Shown: piece after piece, positions 7,423-15,680 of the stretch
Layout: each line of letters opens with the position of its first letter
Numbering within the stretch: the first letter of the stretch is position 1
Assembly: GCA_020632335.1 (NCBI GenBank)
Contig: JACKFV010000001.1
Location: 90,001-122,000, forward strand
DNA from: Candidatus Saccharimonadota bacterium
Lineage (GTDB): Bacteria; Patescibacteriota; Gracilibacteria; UBA4473
Length of the DNA stretch: 32,000 nucleotides
Direction: 5' to 3'
The notes under the pieces: generated by a model
Told to the model about the DNA's origin: nothing
The model's input: the letters and a program-made list of their open reading frames with translations, nothing else
The model's database searches: none
Translations under genes and position numbers: made by a program

Positions 7423-9198
7423 ATGCTCCGCAGCCACACCTGTAACGACCTCCGCCCTGGTAACGCCGGCCAGCAGACCACGCTGGCAGGCTGGGTACAC
7501 CGCCGCCGCGACCACGGGGGCATCATCTTCATCGACCTGCGGGACCACTATGGCCTCACGCAGATTGTCTTTGACCCGGCCATCAACCCCGACGCGCACG
7601 CTCAGGCCGAGCACATCCGCCCCGAGTGGGTGGTGCAAATAACGGGCGCGGTGCAGCGCCGTAAACCCGGTATGGAGAATGCCCACATGGCTACAGGGGA
7701 GATAGAGGTCTTTGCCGAGGCGCTGACCGTGCTGAATAGAGCCGAGACGCCCCCCTTTGAGATTGATAGCGATGCGGAGGTCAATGAAGAGCTGCGCCTC
7801 ACCTACCGCTACCTCGACCTCCGCAAGGCGCGCATGCAAAGAAATCTCCGCATGCGCCACCAGATCCTCCGCCATACACGGGCATTTTTTGACTCTCAGC
7901 ACTTTACCGAGATCGAAACCCCCTGCCTGGTGAAGGGCACCCCCGAGGGCGCGCGCGAGTACCTGGTGCCCAGCCGGCTCTACCCCGGCGAGTTTTACGT
8001 CCTCCCCCAGAGCCCCCAGCAGATGAAACAGCTGCTCATGGTGGCGGGGATGGACCGCTACTACCAGGTGGCGCGGTGCTTCCGCGACGAGGACCTGCGC
8101 GGTGACCGCCAGCCAGAATTCACCCAGCTGGATATGGAAATGAGCTTTGTGGAGCAAGAAGATATCCTCCACATGATGGAACAGTGCTTCCTCCACCTGA
8201 CCGAGCAGTGCGTGCCCGAGCGGAATTATAAGGCTTTCTTGGAGGGTGGCCGTATGCGCCGTATGACCTGGCAGCAGGCCATGAGCCAGTACGGCACGGA
8301 CAAACCCGACCTGCGCTATGATATGCGCCTCTATGACATCACCAGCATCGTGGCGGGCAGCGGCTTTAGCGTCTTTGCCAGTGCACAGTACGTGACCTGC
8401 ATGCGGGTGCCGGGCGGCGCGGAATTCAGCCGTAGCTACATCGACCGCCTGACGCAGATAGCCAAAGAGAAGGGCGCAGGAGGCCTGGCATACATCACCG
8501 TAGAGTCTGACGGGACGCTGAAGTCCCCCATACTGAAGTTCCTCTCTGACACTGAGCAGGCTGCTATCGTGGCCACCTGTGGGGCCCAGCCGGGGGATAT
8601 CCTCTTCTTCGGCGCGGAGAGCTTCCAGACCGCCTGTGGCGCACTGGGGGCCGTGCGGGTGCACATCGCCAAGGACCAGAACCTCACCAGCCACCAAGAC
8701 CTCGCGTATGTCATCGTCACTGACTTCCCGCTGATGGAGATCAACGACGAGGGCAAGCGCGACTGGGCGCACCATCCCTTCACCATGCCGCACCCGGAGG
8801 ACATCGCTAAGCTCGACGACCTGCAGCAGATCATGACCGCTAAGGCCTGGTGCTACGACTTTGTACTCAACGGCTATGAGCTGGGGAGTGGCTCTATACG
8901 CGTGCATGACCCCGCGCTGCAGAAGAAGATCTTTCAGCTCCTGCAGCTGAGTGATGAGGAGATAGAAGCTAAGTTTGGGCATATATTGCGGGCCTTTGCC
9001 TATGGGTGTCCGCCGCACGGGGGCTATGCCTTTGGGGTAGATAGGGTGGCGATGATCTTCGCTGATGAGCCGAATATCCGTGAGGTGATTGCCTTCCCCA
9101 AGACCCTCTCGGCCAAGGACCTCATGTTTAGCGCGCCATCACCCATGCCTGCAGACGTCCTGGCGGAGCAGAACATAAGAGCGATTCCGAGGGACTAA
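7423..9198 (+). CDS. aspS: Aspartate--tRNA ligase (bacterial type, 591 aa)
   Basis: N-terminal OB-fold anticodon-binding region (LAGWVHRRRDHGGIIFIDLRDHYG). Class II motif 2 FRDEDLRGDRQPEFTQLDMEMSF and motif 3 GGYAFGVDRVAM. The GAD insertion domain is present. Confidence 0.97.
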   Translation: MLRSHTCNDLRPGNAGQQTTLAGWVHRRRDHGGIIFIDLRDHYGLTQIVFDPAINPDAHAQAEHIRPEWVVQITGAVQRRKPGMENAHMATGEIEVFAEALTVLNRAETPPFEIDSDAEVNEELRLTYRYLDLRKARMQRNLRMRHQILRHTRAFFDSQHFTEIETPCLVKGTPEGAREYLVPSRLYPGEFYVLPQSPQQMKQLLMVAGMDRYYQVARCFRDEDLRGDRQPEFTQLDMEMSFVEQEDILHMMEQCFLHLTEQCVPERNYKAFLEGGRMRRMTWQQAMSQYGTDKPDLRYDMRLYDITSIVAGSGFSVFASAQYVTCMRVPGGAEFSRSYIDRLTQIAKEKGAGGLAYITVESDGTLKSPILKFLSDTEQAAIVATCGAQPGDILFFGAESFQTACGALGAVRVHIAKDQNLTSHQDLAYVIVTDFPLMEINDEGKRDWAHHPFTMPHPEDIAKLDDLQQIMTAKAWCYDFVLNGYELGSGSIRVHDPALQKKIFQLLQLSDEEIEAKFGHILRAFAYGCPPHGGYAFGVDRVAMIFADEPNIREVIAFPKTLSAKDLMFSAPSPMPADVLAEQNIRAIPRD

Positions 9199-9199
9199 A

Positions 9200-9253
9200 A
9201 TATTCCCCGTAGTCTAGTACTCATATGCGAGTAGCTACGGGGAATATATTTTT
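9200..9253. terminator. Strong bidirectional terminator between convergent aspS and the 616-aa gene
   Basis: Perfect 13-bp stem atattccccgtag (9200-9212) / ctacggggaatat (9235-9247), with further pairing inside the loop (tactc/gagta). T5 follows at 9249-9253. Confidence 0.8.
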
Positions 9254-11102
9254 ACACAGTACTTATTATGATGTCAGGTACTTGCTCTGCCGTGAATGGT
9301 ACCTCTGGTTTCCTCCGTATATAAACTGGTATTTTACCCGTCAATAATAGACGAATTAACCACGTTCCTTTCTCTTTCCAGGGAGGGTAAATCTCCACGA
9401 CAGTCTTGCCATCTCCAGAAGTGATCATCCCCGTAAAAGGGTCATAACCACTGAAGGGGAGTATTGTCTTCTTCTTTGTGGCACCACCAGCGACAAGAGC
9501 CAATTCCATACTCGCTATACCAGACAAACCATCAGGCGCAAGTAGCGAATTGATGCTTTCCTTCACTGGAGGTGAGCCCTGTAACGTAGTAAGTTTAGTT
9601 TCTTGTGTTAGAAGATTGAATTGTAAACCAAAAAGCTCTCCTTGTGCAGTCGCCAATGCAGCTGCATCCACAGGACCGAAACCAACAGGGTTTTCAATTT
9701 TTTTGATCTCCTGTTCCTTTAAGGCTATTTGTTCTCTAATATCTGCGATAGCCGCTTCAATTTCCGCACAGTCCTTTTCCCATTGCTGGTACTTTTGGTC
9801 AGTATTTACTACTTTCTCGTAAAAATCTGCTAGGTAGCTTGGACTTTCTTTCAGCCTTTTGTATAGTTCTGCAATTATTTTCTCATCTGCGTTATGCAAA
9901 ATGAGATCGCCCATACCCGCGTCATCAAGTGACGCAGAGTCCTTGTAGGTAATCGCTAGAGCTATCCAGTATAAGAGGCCAAACAGTAACAATAATGGAG
10001 TCAACTTCGTGGGAGACTCTATAAATTGCGTAGGGGTAAAGACACTAGTCATGAACCAGTAAAACACTCCGATAATAACGATGCCTACCAGCACTACTAT
10101 GTAGGGTGTTTTCCAGTCTCCTTTAAAGGAGCTGAATTTCGCATCGATGCCAGCAGGCTTCCAATATAGTATCCCATACGACATCCAAAGACGAATTGTA
10201 TGAAACACCTCGTTAGGCAAAAACAAGGGGATGCTTAAATATACACATTGAAGCATAAAAAACCAACTGCCCGAAGAAAACCCCATCATAAAACGAGAGA
10301 GAATCAACACACCTATCCAGACATTGAGAATCCATTCTACAATAAATTTGAGATAAGAGACCTCTTTCTCTTTCTTGAAATGCACGCCTGGTGCCAACCA
10401 CATCTTCAGCGGGGCCAAATAGAAGGGCCAAAGGATAAAAAAGGTCTCTTGCATATAGGCTAAACCATATGCATTAAACACCCGCACAATGCTATAGAGG
10501 TAAAGATACGCCCCAATAGCAGTAATGCTAATACTAGCAAGCGTTTTCGCTCCTTCAGTATTTGGTGCTCGGTAACGATGATGATATCGCTCCTTACCAA
10601 TGGCAATAGCAATGCCACCAATCCATAGTATAGAGTACATCATTGGGATACCGTAGACAAAACTCATCCCGTAGAAGAATCCGACAAGTGCGCCAAGGTA
10701 ATCGTCGCTTCTCTGTTGAGTAAACTGCAAAGCAGTAGTCACTATGAAGGATAAGACCATCACAATCAGGAAATGCTTGAGGATACCCCATAAGTAAGCA
10801 CCTTGGATCTGATCCAGAAGTTGCAAGGGTCCGGTCCAACTAGAAAAAATATGGGTGTTAGAATAATCTACATGGAAAATATTCCAATCTCCTATAGCGT
10901 ACACCATTACTAAATAGAAGATAACTAGGGACGCGACAGTATTAATAACTAATAACTGAAAAGCGCGTGAAATAAGCGTTAGCACTAAAGAAAACATAGG
11001 TAAAAATATTTTGAATGTTAAAAAATTTAAAGTACTGTGATGTGAAACATCTTGCTCCTCACCATATCTCCATAAGAAGATAGGCGAAAAGCATAACTTC
11101 AA
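9252..11102 (-). CDS. Polytopic membrane protein with coiled-coil and soluble C-terminal domain, no family recognised (up to 616 aa)
   Basis: AT-rich ORF with at least 9 hydrophobic helices in the first ~390 aa. A heptad-like coiled coil follows (DCAEIEAAIADIREQIALKEQEIKKIEN), then a ~150-aa C-terminal domain. The TTG at 11102 abuts the candidate -10, so the real start is probably downstream, for example ATG 10997 (MFSLVLTLIS...). Confidence 0.75.
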   Translation of the reverse strand: MKLCFSPIFLWRYGEEQDVSHHSTLNFLTFKIFLPMFSLVLTLISRAFQLLVINTVASLVIFYLVMVYAIGDWNIFHVDYSNTHIFSSWTGPLQLLDQIQGAYLWGILKHFLIVMVLSFIVTTALQFTQQRSDDYLGALVGFFYGMSFVYGIPMMYSILWIGGIAIAIGKERYHHRYRAPNTEGAKTLASISITAIGAYLYLYSIVRVFNAYGLAYMQETFFILWPFYLAPLKMWLAPGVHFKKEKEVSYLKFIVEWILNVWIGVLILSRFMMGFSSGSWFFMLQCVYLSIPLFLPNEVFHTIRLWMSYGILYWKPAGIDAKFSSFKGDWKTPYIVVLVGIVIIGVFYWFMTSVFTPTQFIESPTKLTPLLLLFGLLYWIALAITYKDSASLDDAGMGDLILHNADEKIIAELYKRLKESPSYLADFYEKVVNTDQKYQQWEKDCAEIEAAIADIREQIALKEQEIKKIENPVGFGPVDAAALATAQGELFGLQFNLLTQETKLTTLQGSPPVKESINSLLAPDGLSGIASMELALVAGGATKKKTILPFSGYDPFTGMITSGDGKTVVEIYPPWKEKGTWLIRLLLTGKIPVYIRRKPEVPFTAEQVPDIIISTV

Positions 11103-11130
11103 TGTATAGCATTTTTTGCTTACTTGTCAA
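11103..11130 (-). promoter_or_regulatory. Candidate promoter of the 616-aa membrane protein gene
   Basis: Minus strand reads TTGACA (11125-11130), 16 nt, TATACA (11103-11108). Confidence 0.4.
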
Positions 11131-11239
11131 ATATCCGTATGATTTTGGGGAAGGAATATCGCTCCTAGAAAGAGCTCCGGTACATTTTTCTTGCCAAATT
11201 CAGTTTTCTATGATAGAAGGACTGTACTGACACTCCTCC

Positions 11240-12013
11240 ATGAAAATCCTCTCTCTATTCAGACCACAACCACAGGCTCATTTCCTTTACCAGAATGCCA
11301 CTCCAACAGCTGCCGAACAGATAGTAGCAGCATTCGAACAAGACAAAACAAACAACGAAGAAACCACAAATAACCTGGCAGAAGTAACAGGAAAACAGGC
11401 AGAGTCTATCAAGAATAAGGCAAGGGAACAACGAAATGCCCTGAGTGTAAGCATCTGGACAGGGCTCTTTACATCAGCACTGGGAGTTTTTAATATAAAG
11501 GATTTCTCTATGACGCCTGCTGAGCGAATGCAAGGAGCCATTGGGCAAACAATGTCAAAGGAACAAGTAGAGGCAATAGAGGCAGCACAAGCCTCGGATA
11601 ATTTTGTTACGTTACAGCACAAAGCAGATATAGAGGAAGCGAGAAACGTCACCACTACAGATGTCTCCAATGCGGTACTGGGGCAACTAGGTATTAAAAA
11701 AATAGCAGAACAACATAAATGGCAAAATGAGTTTACGATGCTGACTTTCTTTGTGCAGAAGCTGACGAATGAAGACATCCGTAAACCATTAGGAAATGCA
11801 CTTGCATACAATAAGAAACTTATCCAGATTACTGAAAAAGCTGGGGGGACTGCAGATATGGTAACCGCTATGGATAATGCCGAAACAGATGTCCCTTTTA
11901 TGAATCTCATGGCATTCCTCAGTAAAGGGATTCCAGATGCTTATGAGGATCTAGATCAACGCATCCCTAGCCCCTACGACATAATGCAAGAAGGACAAGC
12001 AGCAGCAGCCTAA
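11240..12013 (+). CDS. Hypothetical single-pass membrane/helical protein (257 aa), no family recognised
   Basis: ATG start, purine-rich coding strand, one hydrophobic segment (SVSIWTGLFTSALGVFNI) and a Lys/Glu/Gln-rich helical remainder. A terminator hairpin lies downstream. The antisense ORF 11287-11910 is Ser/Cys/Ala-rich low-complexity sequence, typical of a shadow frame. Confidence 0.65.
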   Translation: MKILSLFRPQPQAHFLYQNATPTAAEQIVAAFEQDKTNNEETTNNLAEVTGKQAESIKNKAREQRNALSVSIWTGLFTSALGVFNIKDFSMTPAERMQGAIGQTMSKEQVEAIEAAQASDNFVTLQHKADIEEARNVTTTDVSNAVLGQLGIKKIAEQHKWQNEFTMLTFFVQKLTNEDIRKPLGNALAYNKKLIQITEKAGGTADMVTAMDNAETDVPFMNLMAFLSKGIPDAYEDLDQRIPSPYDIMQEGQAAAA

Positions 12014-12048
12014 TCACCGTTGTCTTCCGTTATTCTCTCCCACTACAG

Positions 12049-12069
12049 CACCCCACCCCGGGGTGTTTT
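12049..12069 (+). terminator. Candidate terminator of the 257-aa gene
   Basis: cacccc (12049-12054) / ggggtg (12060-12065) with a 5-nt loop, followed by TTTT (12066-12069). Confidence 0.55.
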
Positions 12070-12736
12070 AGTATTTAGTGGTGCGGGCCTGGGCCTCTAT
12101 TTTGGTGACCTCACCGTCGTCTCCCACCAGGTAGTCGTCCAGCATACAGCCCTCGTCTACCCGGCGGGTCAGGTGCATGAGCTTCTCCACCAGCTCTGCT
12201 GGGTCAGAGGAGATCACCATGCGGTCCGTCACCTCCCGGTGGCAGTACTCTAGTATCTGCGGGATGTGGTCCGCTACGCCGTCATAGCCGTCCAGCACGC
12301 CAATGGGCTTGCCCTCGTCATAGGCTACCGTAAACTCATTCAGCGTGCCCGTACCACCCGGGAGGATAATGCAGCAGTTGCTACTGCGTACGTTGATGAT
12401 ATCGCGCACCATGAGCCCCAAGCCCGTGAAGAGAAAGCCGTCATAGTGCTCCACGGGTGACTTATACTTCTGCAGATGGCTACAGATGCTCGCCGCCGGA
12501 CTCACCCCAAAGGTCGCTCCACCGGCCTCTTTACAGCCTCTGGCGGCCTCATCTGGCAGCCCTGGGCACGCACCATTAATGAGCATACCGCCCCGCAGTG
12601 CTATCTGCCGGCCCACCTCATACGCGGCATTTACCGCGGCCTCGCTGCGCATGAGGTAACCAGACGCACTGCCAAAAACCCCCACGCGCATGGTGTACTC
12701 GGGCTTGAGGTCAAAGATGTTCCGATGAATCTGCAT
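12068..12736 (-). CDS. LOG/TIGR00725-like Rossmann-fold (SLOG) nucleotide-binding protein
   Basis: MRVGVFGSASG N-terminal strand, GACPGLPDEAARGCKEAGGATFGVSP, and the LOG-family PGGxGTxxE motif (LPGGTGTLNEF). An acidic ~50-aa C-terminal extension follows. Start is either ATG 12736 (TAGTCT 12743-12748 lies 6 nt upstream) or ATG 12691. Confidence 0.85.
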   Translation of the reverse strand: MQIHRNIFDLKPEYTMRVGVFGSASGYLMRSEAAVNAAYEVGRQIALRGGMLINGACPGLPDEAARGCKEAGGATFGVSPAASICSHLQKYKSPVEHYDGFLFTGLGLMVRDIINVRSSNCCIILPGGTGTLNEFTVAYDEGKPIGVLDGYDGVADHIPQILEYCHREVTDRMVISSDPAELVEKLMHLTRRVDEGCMLDDYLVGDDGEVTKIEAQARTTKY

Positions 12737-12814
12737 GAGAAAAGACTACTGTACTACTCTACCGCAATACCCACACCACCGCAAGAGGACTCTCCTCCCT
12801 GGTACTAAAATCCA

Positions 12815-12843
12815 TTGACAAGCACCAGACAGCCCCATACACT
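12815..12843 (+). promoter_or_regulatory. Candidate promoter of the cyclophilin gene
   Basis: TTGACA (12815-12820), 17 nt, TACACT (12838-12843). Confidence 0.5.
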
Positions 12844-12873
12844 GAACACAAAATTTACCACCCCTCCCACCGC

Positions 12874-13473
12874 ATGCGACGCTTCCTCCCCCTGGCTCTT
12901 GTGGCAGTTCTTCTCATCGGCGGAGCGCTGCTCTTGGGGACGTCCTCGGGGAAGAACCTGACCGCAAATCTCTTCCGGAGTGCTGAGAAGAACGTCACCA
13001 CGGCTACGCTGCACACCACCGCGGGGGATATAACGCTGCAGATCTATGACACTACGGTCTCTACTATTGCGGAGAATTTTCTCAAATTGGCTGAGGCCGG
13101 CATGTACGACGGAGTGATCTTCCACCGGGTGATACCGGGGTTCATGGTGCAGACGGGGGACTTCGAGCACGGCAACGGTACTGGGGGACATGCCTTTGGC
13201 GGGGGGGAGATACCGGACGAGATCAACCCCAGCTATTCCCACACGCGCGGCACGGTGAGTATGGCCAACCGCGGGCCGAATACTAACGGTTCTCAGTTTT
13301 TCATCATGCACGCAGACGCTCCGCAGCTGGACGGAGCCTATGCTATCTTCGGACAGGTGACGGACGGCATGCCCATTGTGGATAGCATCGCCACAGCAGA
13401 GACCGGCTTTATGGATAGGCCTCTGGAGCCCGTTACCATTGAGACCGTTACCGTGCACCGCGCCACACCGTAA
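12874..13473 (+). CDS. Peptidyl-prolyl cis-trans isomerase, cyclophilin type, with N-terminal signal/anchor
   Basis: FHRVIPGFMVQTGD, SMANRGPNTNGSQFFI and GQVTDGMPIVDSI are cyclophilin signature blocks. The N-terminal segment MRRFLPLALVAVLLIGGALLL is hydrophobic. Confidence 0.95.
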   Translation: MRRFLPLALVAVLLIGGALLLGTSSGKNLTANLFRSAEKNVTTATLHTTAGDITLQIYDTTVSTIAENFLKLAEAGMYDGVIFHRVIPGFMVQTGDFEHGNGTGGHAFGGGEIPDEINPSYSHTRGTVSMANRGPNTNGSQFFIMHADAPQLDGAYAIFGQVTDGMPIVDSIATAETGFMDRPLEPVTIETVTVHRATP

Positions 13474-13488
13474 ATCCCGAAAAACCAC

Positions 13489-13516
13489 TTGCACGCAGCG
13501 CGAGAGTATGTAGAGT
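13489..13516 (+). promoter_or_regulatory. Candidate promoter of the 13530 gene
   Basis: TTGCAC (13489-13494), 16 nt, TAGAGT (13511-13516). The ORF-track GTG start (13515) lies inside the -10, so ATG 13530 or 13539 is more likely. Confidence 0.45.
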
Positions 13517-13529
13517 GCTCATCGTAACG

Positions 13530-14270
13530 ATGACTCTTATGCGACTCCGACACCTGATCCCTTCGCTAGCACTGCTTCTTTTTGCGGGTTCTGCCGCGGC
13601 GGCTACCAGCTACCAGACGCTCCACATAGACCCGGCTCTCACTACGCCGAGTATCACCTACGCGCCGACCATCAGCGCGACTGACGCACAGGCCGTGCAG
13701 TACTGGAACCAAACCCGCCCCAGCAGCGGCCCCAGCTACCTGCAGGAGATCCGCAATAACGCCAAAGTAGCACAGTACCTGCCGCAGCGTGGGTCGCTCA
13801 TTGCTCGCACGGGGCACGAGGAACGCCCGTATTACGCGCAACGCCGGCCGTTTACCGCGTCGGTGAATCAGGCTATCTACCAGCGCGCCTATGAGCTCTG
13901 CATGGCAGATAAAGGTACGACGACCGACTGTACTGCAGACGTGGTGGTCGGCTATATCTTCCAGAGTATGGAGGAGAAGTCTACCACGGCTAGCACTGGT
14001 ATGCAGGCGCAGCTGGTGACCGCCTACGCACGCCGCATGCTATTGGATGGCATCCGCTACCAAGACGAGAACACCCGCACGCAAGTGAAGGGCGGCCTGC
14101 AGAAGGTGGCGCAGCGCTACACCGGGCAGTACCACTACCTGCCTACAGCAGCGTATCCGATGACCGCTATGCCACAGATTCACTTTGCTACCACGGGTGG
14201 GTGTACCTACAACGCCGCTACGGGAGCGCACACCTGCCAGATGTACAACCCGACCGCCACGGAGGAGTAA
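13530..14270 (+). CDS. Secreted hypothetical protein (4 Cys), no family recognised
   Basis: Signal peptide MRLRHLIPSLALLLFAGSAAAATS. A promoter lies upstream and a GNRA-loop terminator downstream. Confidence 0.7.
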   Translation: MTLMRLRHLIPSLALLLFAGSAAAATSYQTLHIDPALTTPSITYAPTISATDAQAVQYWNQTRPSSGPSYLQEIRNNAKVAQYLPQRGSLIARTGHEERPYYAQRRPFTASVNQAIYQRAYELCMADKGTTTDCTADVVVGYIFQSMEEKSTTASTGMQAQLVTAYARRMLLDGIRYQDENTRTQVKGGLQKVAQRYTGQYHYLPTAAYPMTAMPQIHFATTGGCTYNAATGAHTCQMYNPTATEE

Positions 14271-14298
14271 TATCCCACAACACATCACCAAGAAATAT

Positions 14299-14319
14299 GG
14301 GGGGCGAAAGCCCCTTTTT
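14299..14319 (+). terminator. Rho-independent terminator
   Basis: ggggc (14301-14305), loop gaaa, gcccc (14310-14314), then T5 (14315-14319). Confidence 0.7.
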
Positions 14320-14322
14320 CAT

Positions 14323-14350
14323 TTGTCAATGGCTGAAAGAACACTAGTAT
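14323..14350 (+). promoter_or_regulatory. Candidate tRNA-Ser promoter
   Basis: TTGTCA (14323-14328), 16 nt, TAGTAT (14345-14350). The tRNA 5' end lies 16 nt downstream. Confidence 0.5.
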
Positions 14351-14366
14351 CTCCCTCGGATACCGC

Positions 14367-14457
<91 letters not shown>

Positions 14458-14499
14458 CAACTCCCACAGACAGGCAAAGCAAAGCCAGGCTGCTTTTCA

Positions 14500-14528
14500 T
14501 TTACAATAAAGAGCATATCTTCTACAGT
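14500..14528 (+). promoter_or_regulatory. Candidate promoter of the NMNAT-like gene
   Basis: TTTACA (14500-14505), 17 nt, TACAGT (14523-14528). Confidence 0.45.
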
Positions 14529-14555
14529 GGGCCTACAAGGCATTAAACACCCCCT

Positions 14556-15089
14556 ATGAATAGCATTGGCGTCCATCTCGGTCGGTTTGCGCCGTATCAT
14601 CGAGGGCACGAAAAACTCACTCGTATGATCATCGATAAGCACGGCATGGCACACACCCTGGTGTTAATAGGGTCTTCAAATCGCTTTCGTGCTGACACCC
14701 CTTATACCTTTGCCGCACGAGTGGACATGATACGGGCTACCTTCCCCGATATACAGATACTCCCCCTGCCAGACTCGCCATGCAGTACCGTGAAGGACAC
14801 CTATACAGAGGCTGGCATGTCAGACTGGCTCCAATCCCTTAAAGATCTCGAGCGATCCTTTGGTCTCGCATTTACCTTCTACAGTGGTGATACCGAAGAT
14901 ATAGCCTATCTGGCTCCCCTTTTCGCAACAGAGCCCCTCACCGACAGACATGCGACAAGCAATGGCCTGAGCGCCACCCAAGCACGCCAATACCTTGCGG
15001 AAAAAAATACCGAAGCCCTCCGAGATATGCTCCCCGAAGCCTCTTTTTCCCTCGCCATCCAAGCATATAATAATCCACAATATAGCTAA
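14556..15089 (+). CDS. Nicotinamide-nucleotide adenylyltransferase-like cytidylyltransferase-fold protein (archaeal NadM-type NMNAT)
   Basis: GRFAPYHRGH matches the (H/T)xGH nucleotidyltransferase motif in the GRFxPxHxGH context. IGSSNRF...PYTFAARVDMI and the C-terminal LSATQAR (ISxTxxR-like) also match. Size is ~177 aa. Confidence 0.8.
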   Translation: MNSIGVHLGRFAPYHRGHEKLTRMIIDKHGMAHTLVLIGSSNRFRADTPYTFAARVDMIRATFPDIQILPLPDSPCSTVKDTYTEAGMSDWLQSLKDLERSFGLAFTFYSGDTEDIAYLAPLFATEPLTDRHATSNGLSATQARQYLAEKNTEALRDMLPEASFSLAIQAYNNPQYS

Positions 15090-15134
15090 CGCATACGCGG
15101 CTCCCCCTCAGAAACCCTCAGGAAGACACAACAG

Positions 15135-15680
15135 ATGCATGTCTCTCTACCCCTCTATCACCACAACGGCTATACCGTGCTCCCCCTCCCGGAGGCGCTC
15201 AGTAGCGCGCTCCCCTCTCGCGGCCCGGTGATGGTAGAGGGCACACTTAATGGCATTCCCTTCCGCAGTGTGCTGGAGCCTGATGGTCGTAAAGGCCACT
15301 GCCTTATTCTCGAACCAGCGCTCGCAGCGCAACTGCCCCTGGATACCCCGGTAGCACTCACCCTGAGCGTCAGTGACGACTGGGGAGAAGCGAGCCTCCC
15401 CACAGATATGCAGCGCGTCCTGGAGGCCACACCGGAGCTCTGGGCCGTGTGGGAGGATCTGACGCCACTGGCGCGCTGGGAGTGGCTGCGGTGGGTACGA
15501 GACACTGCCTCCGCCGCTACCAGAGCCAAACGACTGCGCGTGATGCAAGACCAGCTGCAGCACGGCAAGCGTCGCCCATGCTGCTTTGACCACGCCCGCT
15601 GCACCCTGCCCGCCATCGCCAAGGGTGGCAAACTGGCAATAGAAAACACTGCAACCGTGAGCGGTACGACTAGCGAATAG
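15135..15680 (+). CDS. DUF1905 / YdeI (OmpD-associated) family protein
   Basis: VMVEGTLNGIPFRSVLEPDGRKGHCLILEPA matches the DUF1905 beta-barrel. PTDMQRVLEATPELWAVWEDLTPLARWEWLRWVRDTASAATRAKRL matches the YdeI C-terminal domain. Confidence 0.85.
   Translation: MHVSLPLYHHNGYTVLPLPEALSSALPSRGPVMVEGTLNGIPFRSVLEPDGRKGHCLILEPALAAQLPLDTPVALTLSVSDDWGEASLPTDMQRVLEATPELWAVWEDLTPLARWEWLRWVRDTASAATRAKRLRVMQDQLQHGKRRPCCFDHARCTLPAIAKGGKLAIENTATVSGTTSE

Noticed and set aside
7372-9018. 548-aa ORF antisense to aspS
   Set aside because: It is codon-aligned with aspS: antisense position 1 pairs with sense position 3. Stops in this frame arise only from sense codons TTA, CTA or TCA, which a GC3-rich gene avoids. 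The product is low-complexity and rich in Ala, Leu, Val, His and Gly. The aspS reading is unambiguous.
11092-11094. Out-of-frame ATG 8 nt after the TATACA box, opening an 11-codon mini-ORF (MLFAYLLMEIW) ahead of the 616-aa gene
   Set aside because: It might be a leaderless upstream mini-ORF or a hint of a frameshift error. Eleven codons with no conservation information is not enough to call a feature.
11287-11910. 207-aa antisense ORF inside the AT-rich 257-aa gene
   Set aside because: It is unusual for an AT-rich region, so I looked twice. Its translation is Ser/Cys/Ala/Phe low-complexity sequence, the complement of a purine-rich coding strand. The + strand ORF is longer, starts with ATG and is followed by a hairpin and T-run. 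Residual uncertainty is reflected in the 0.65 confidence.
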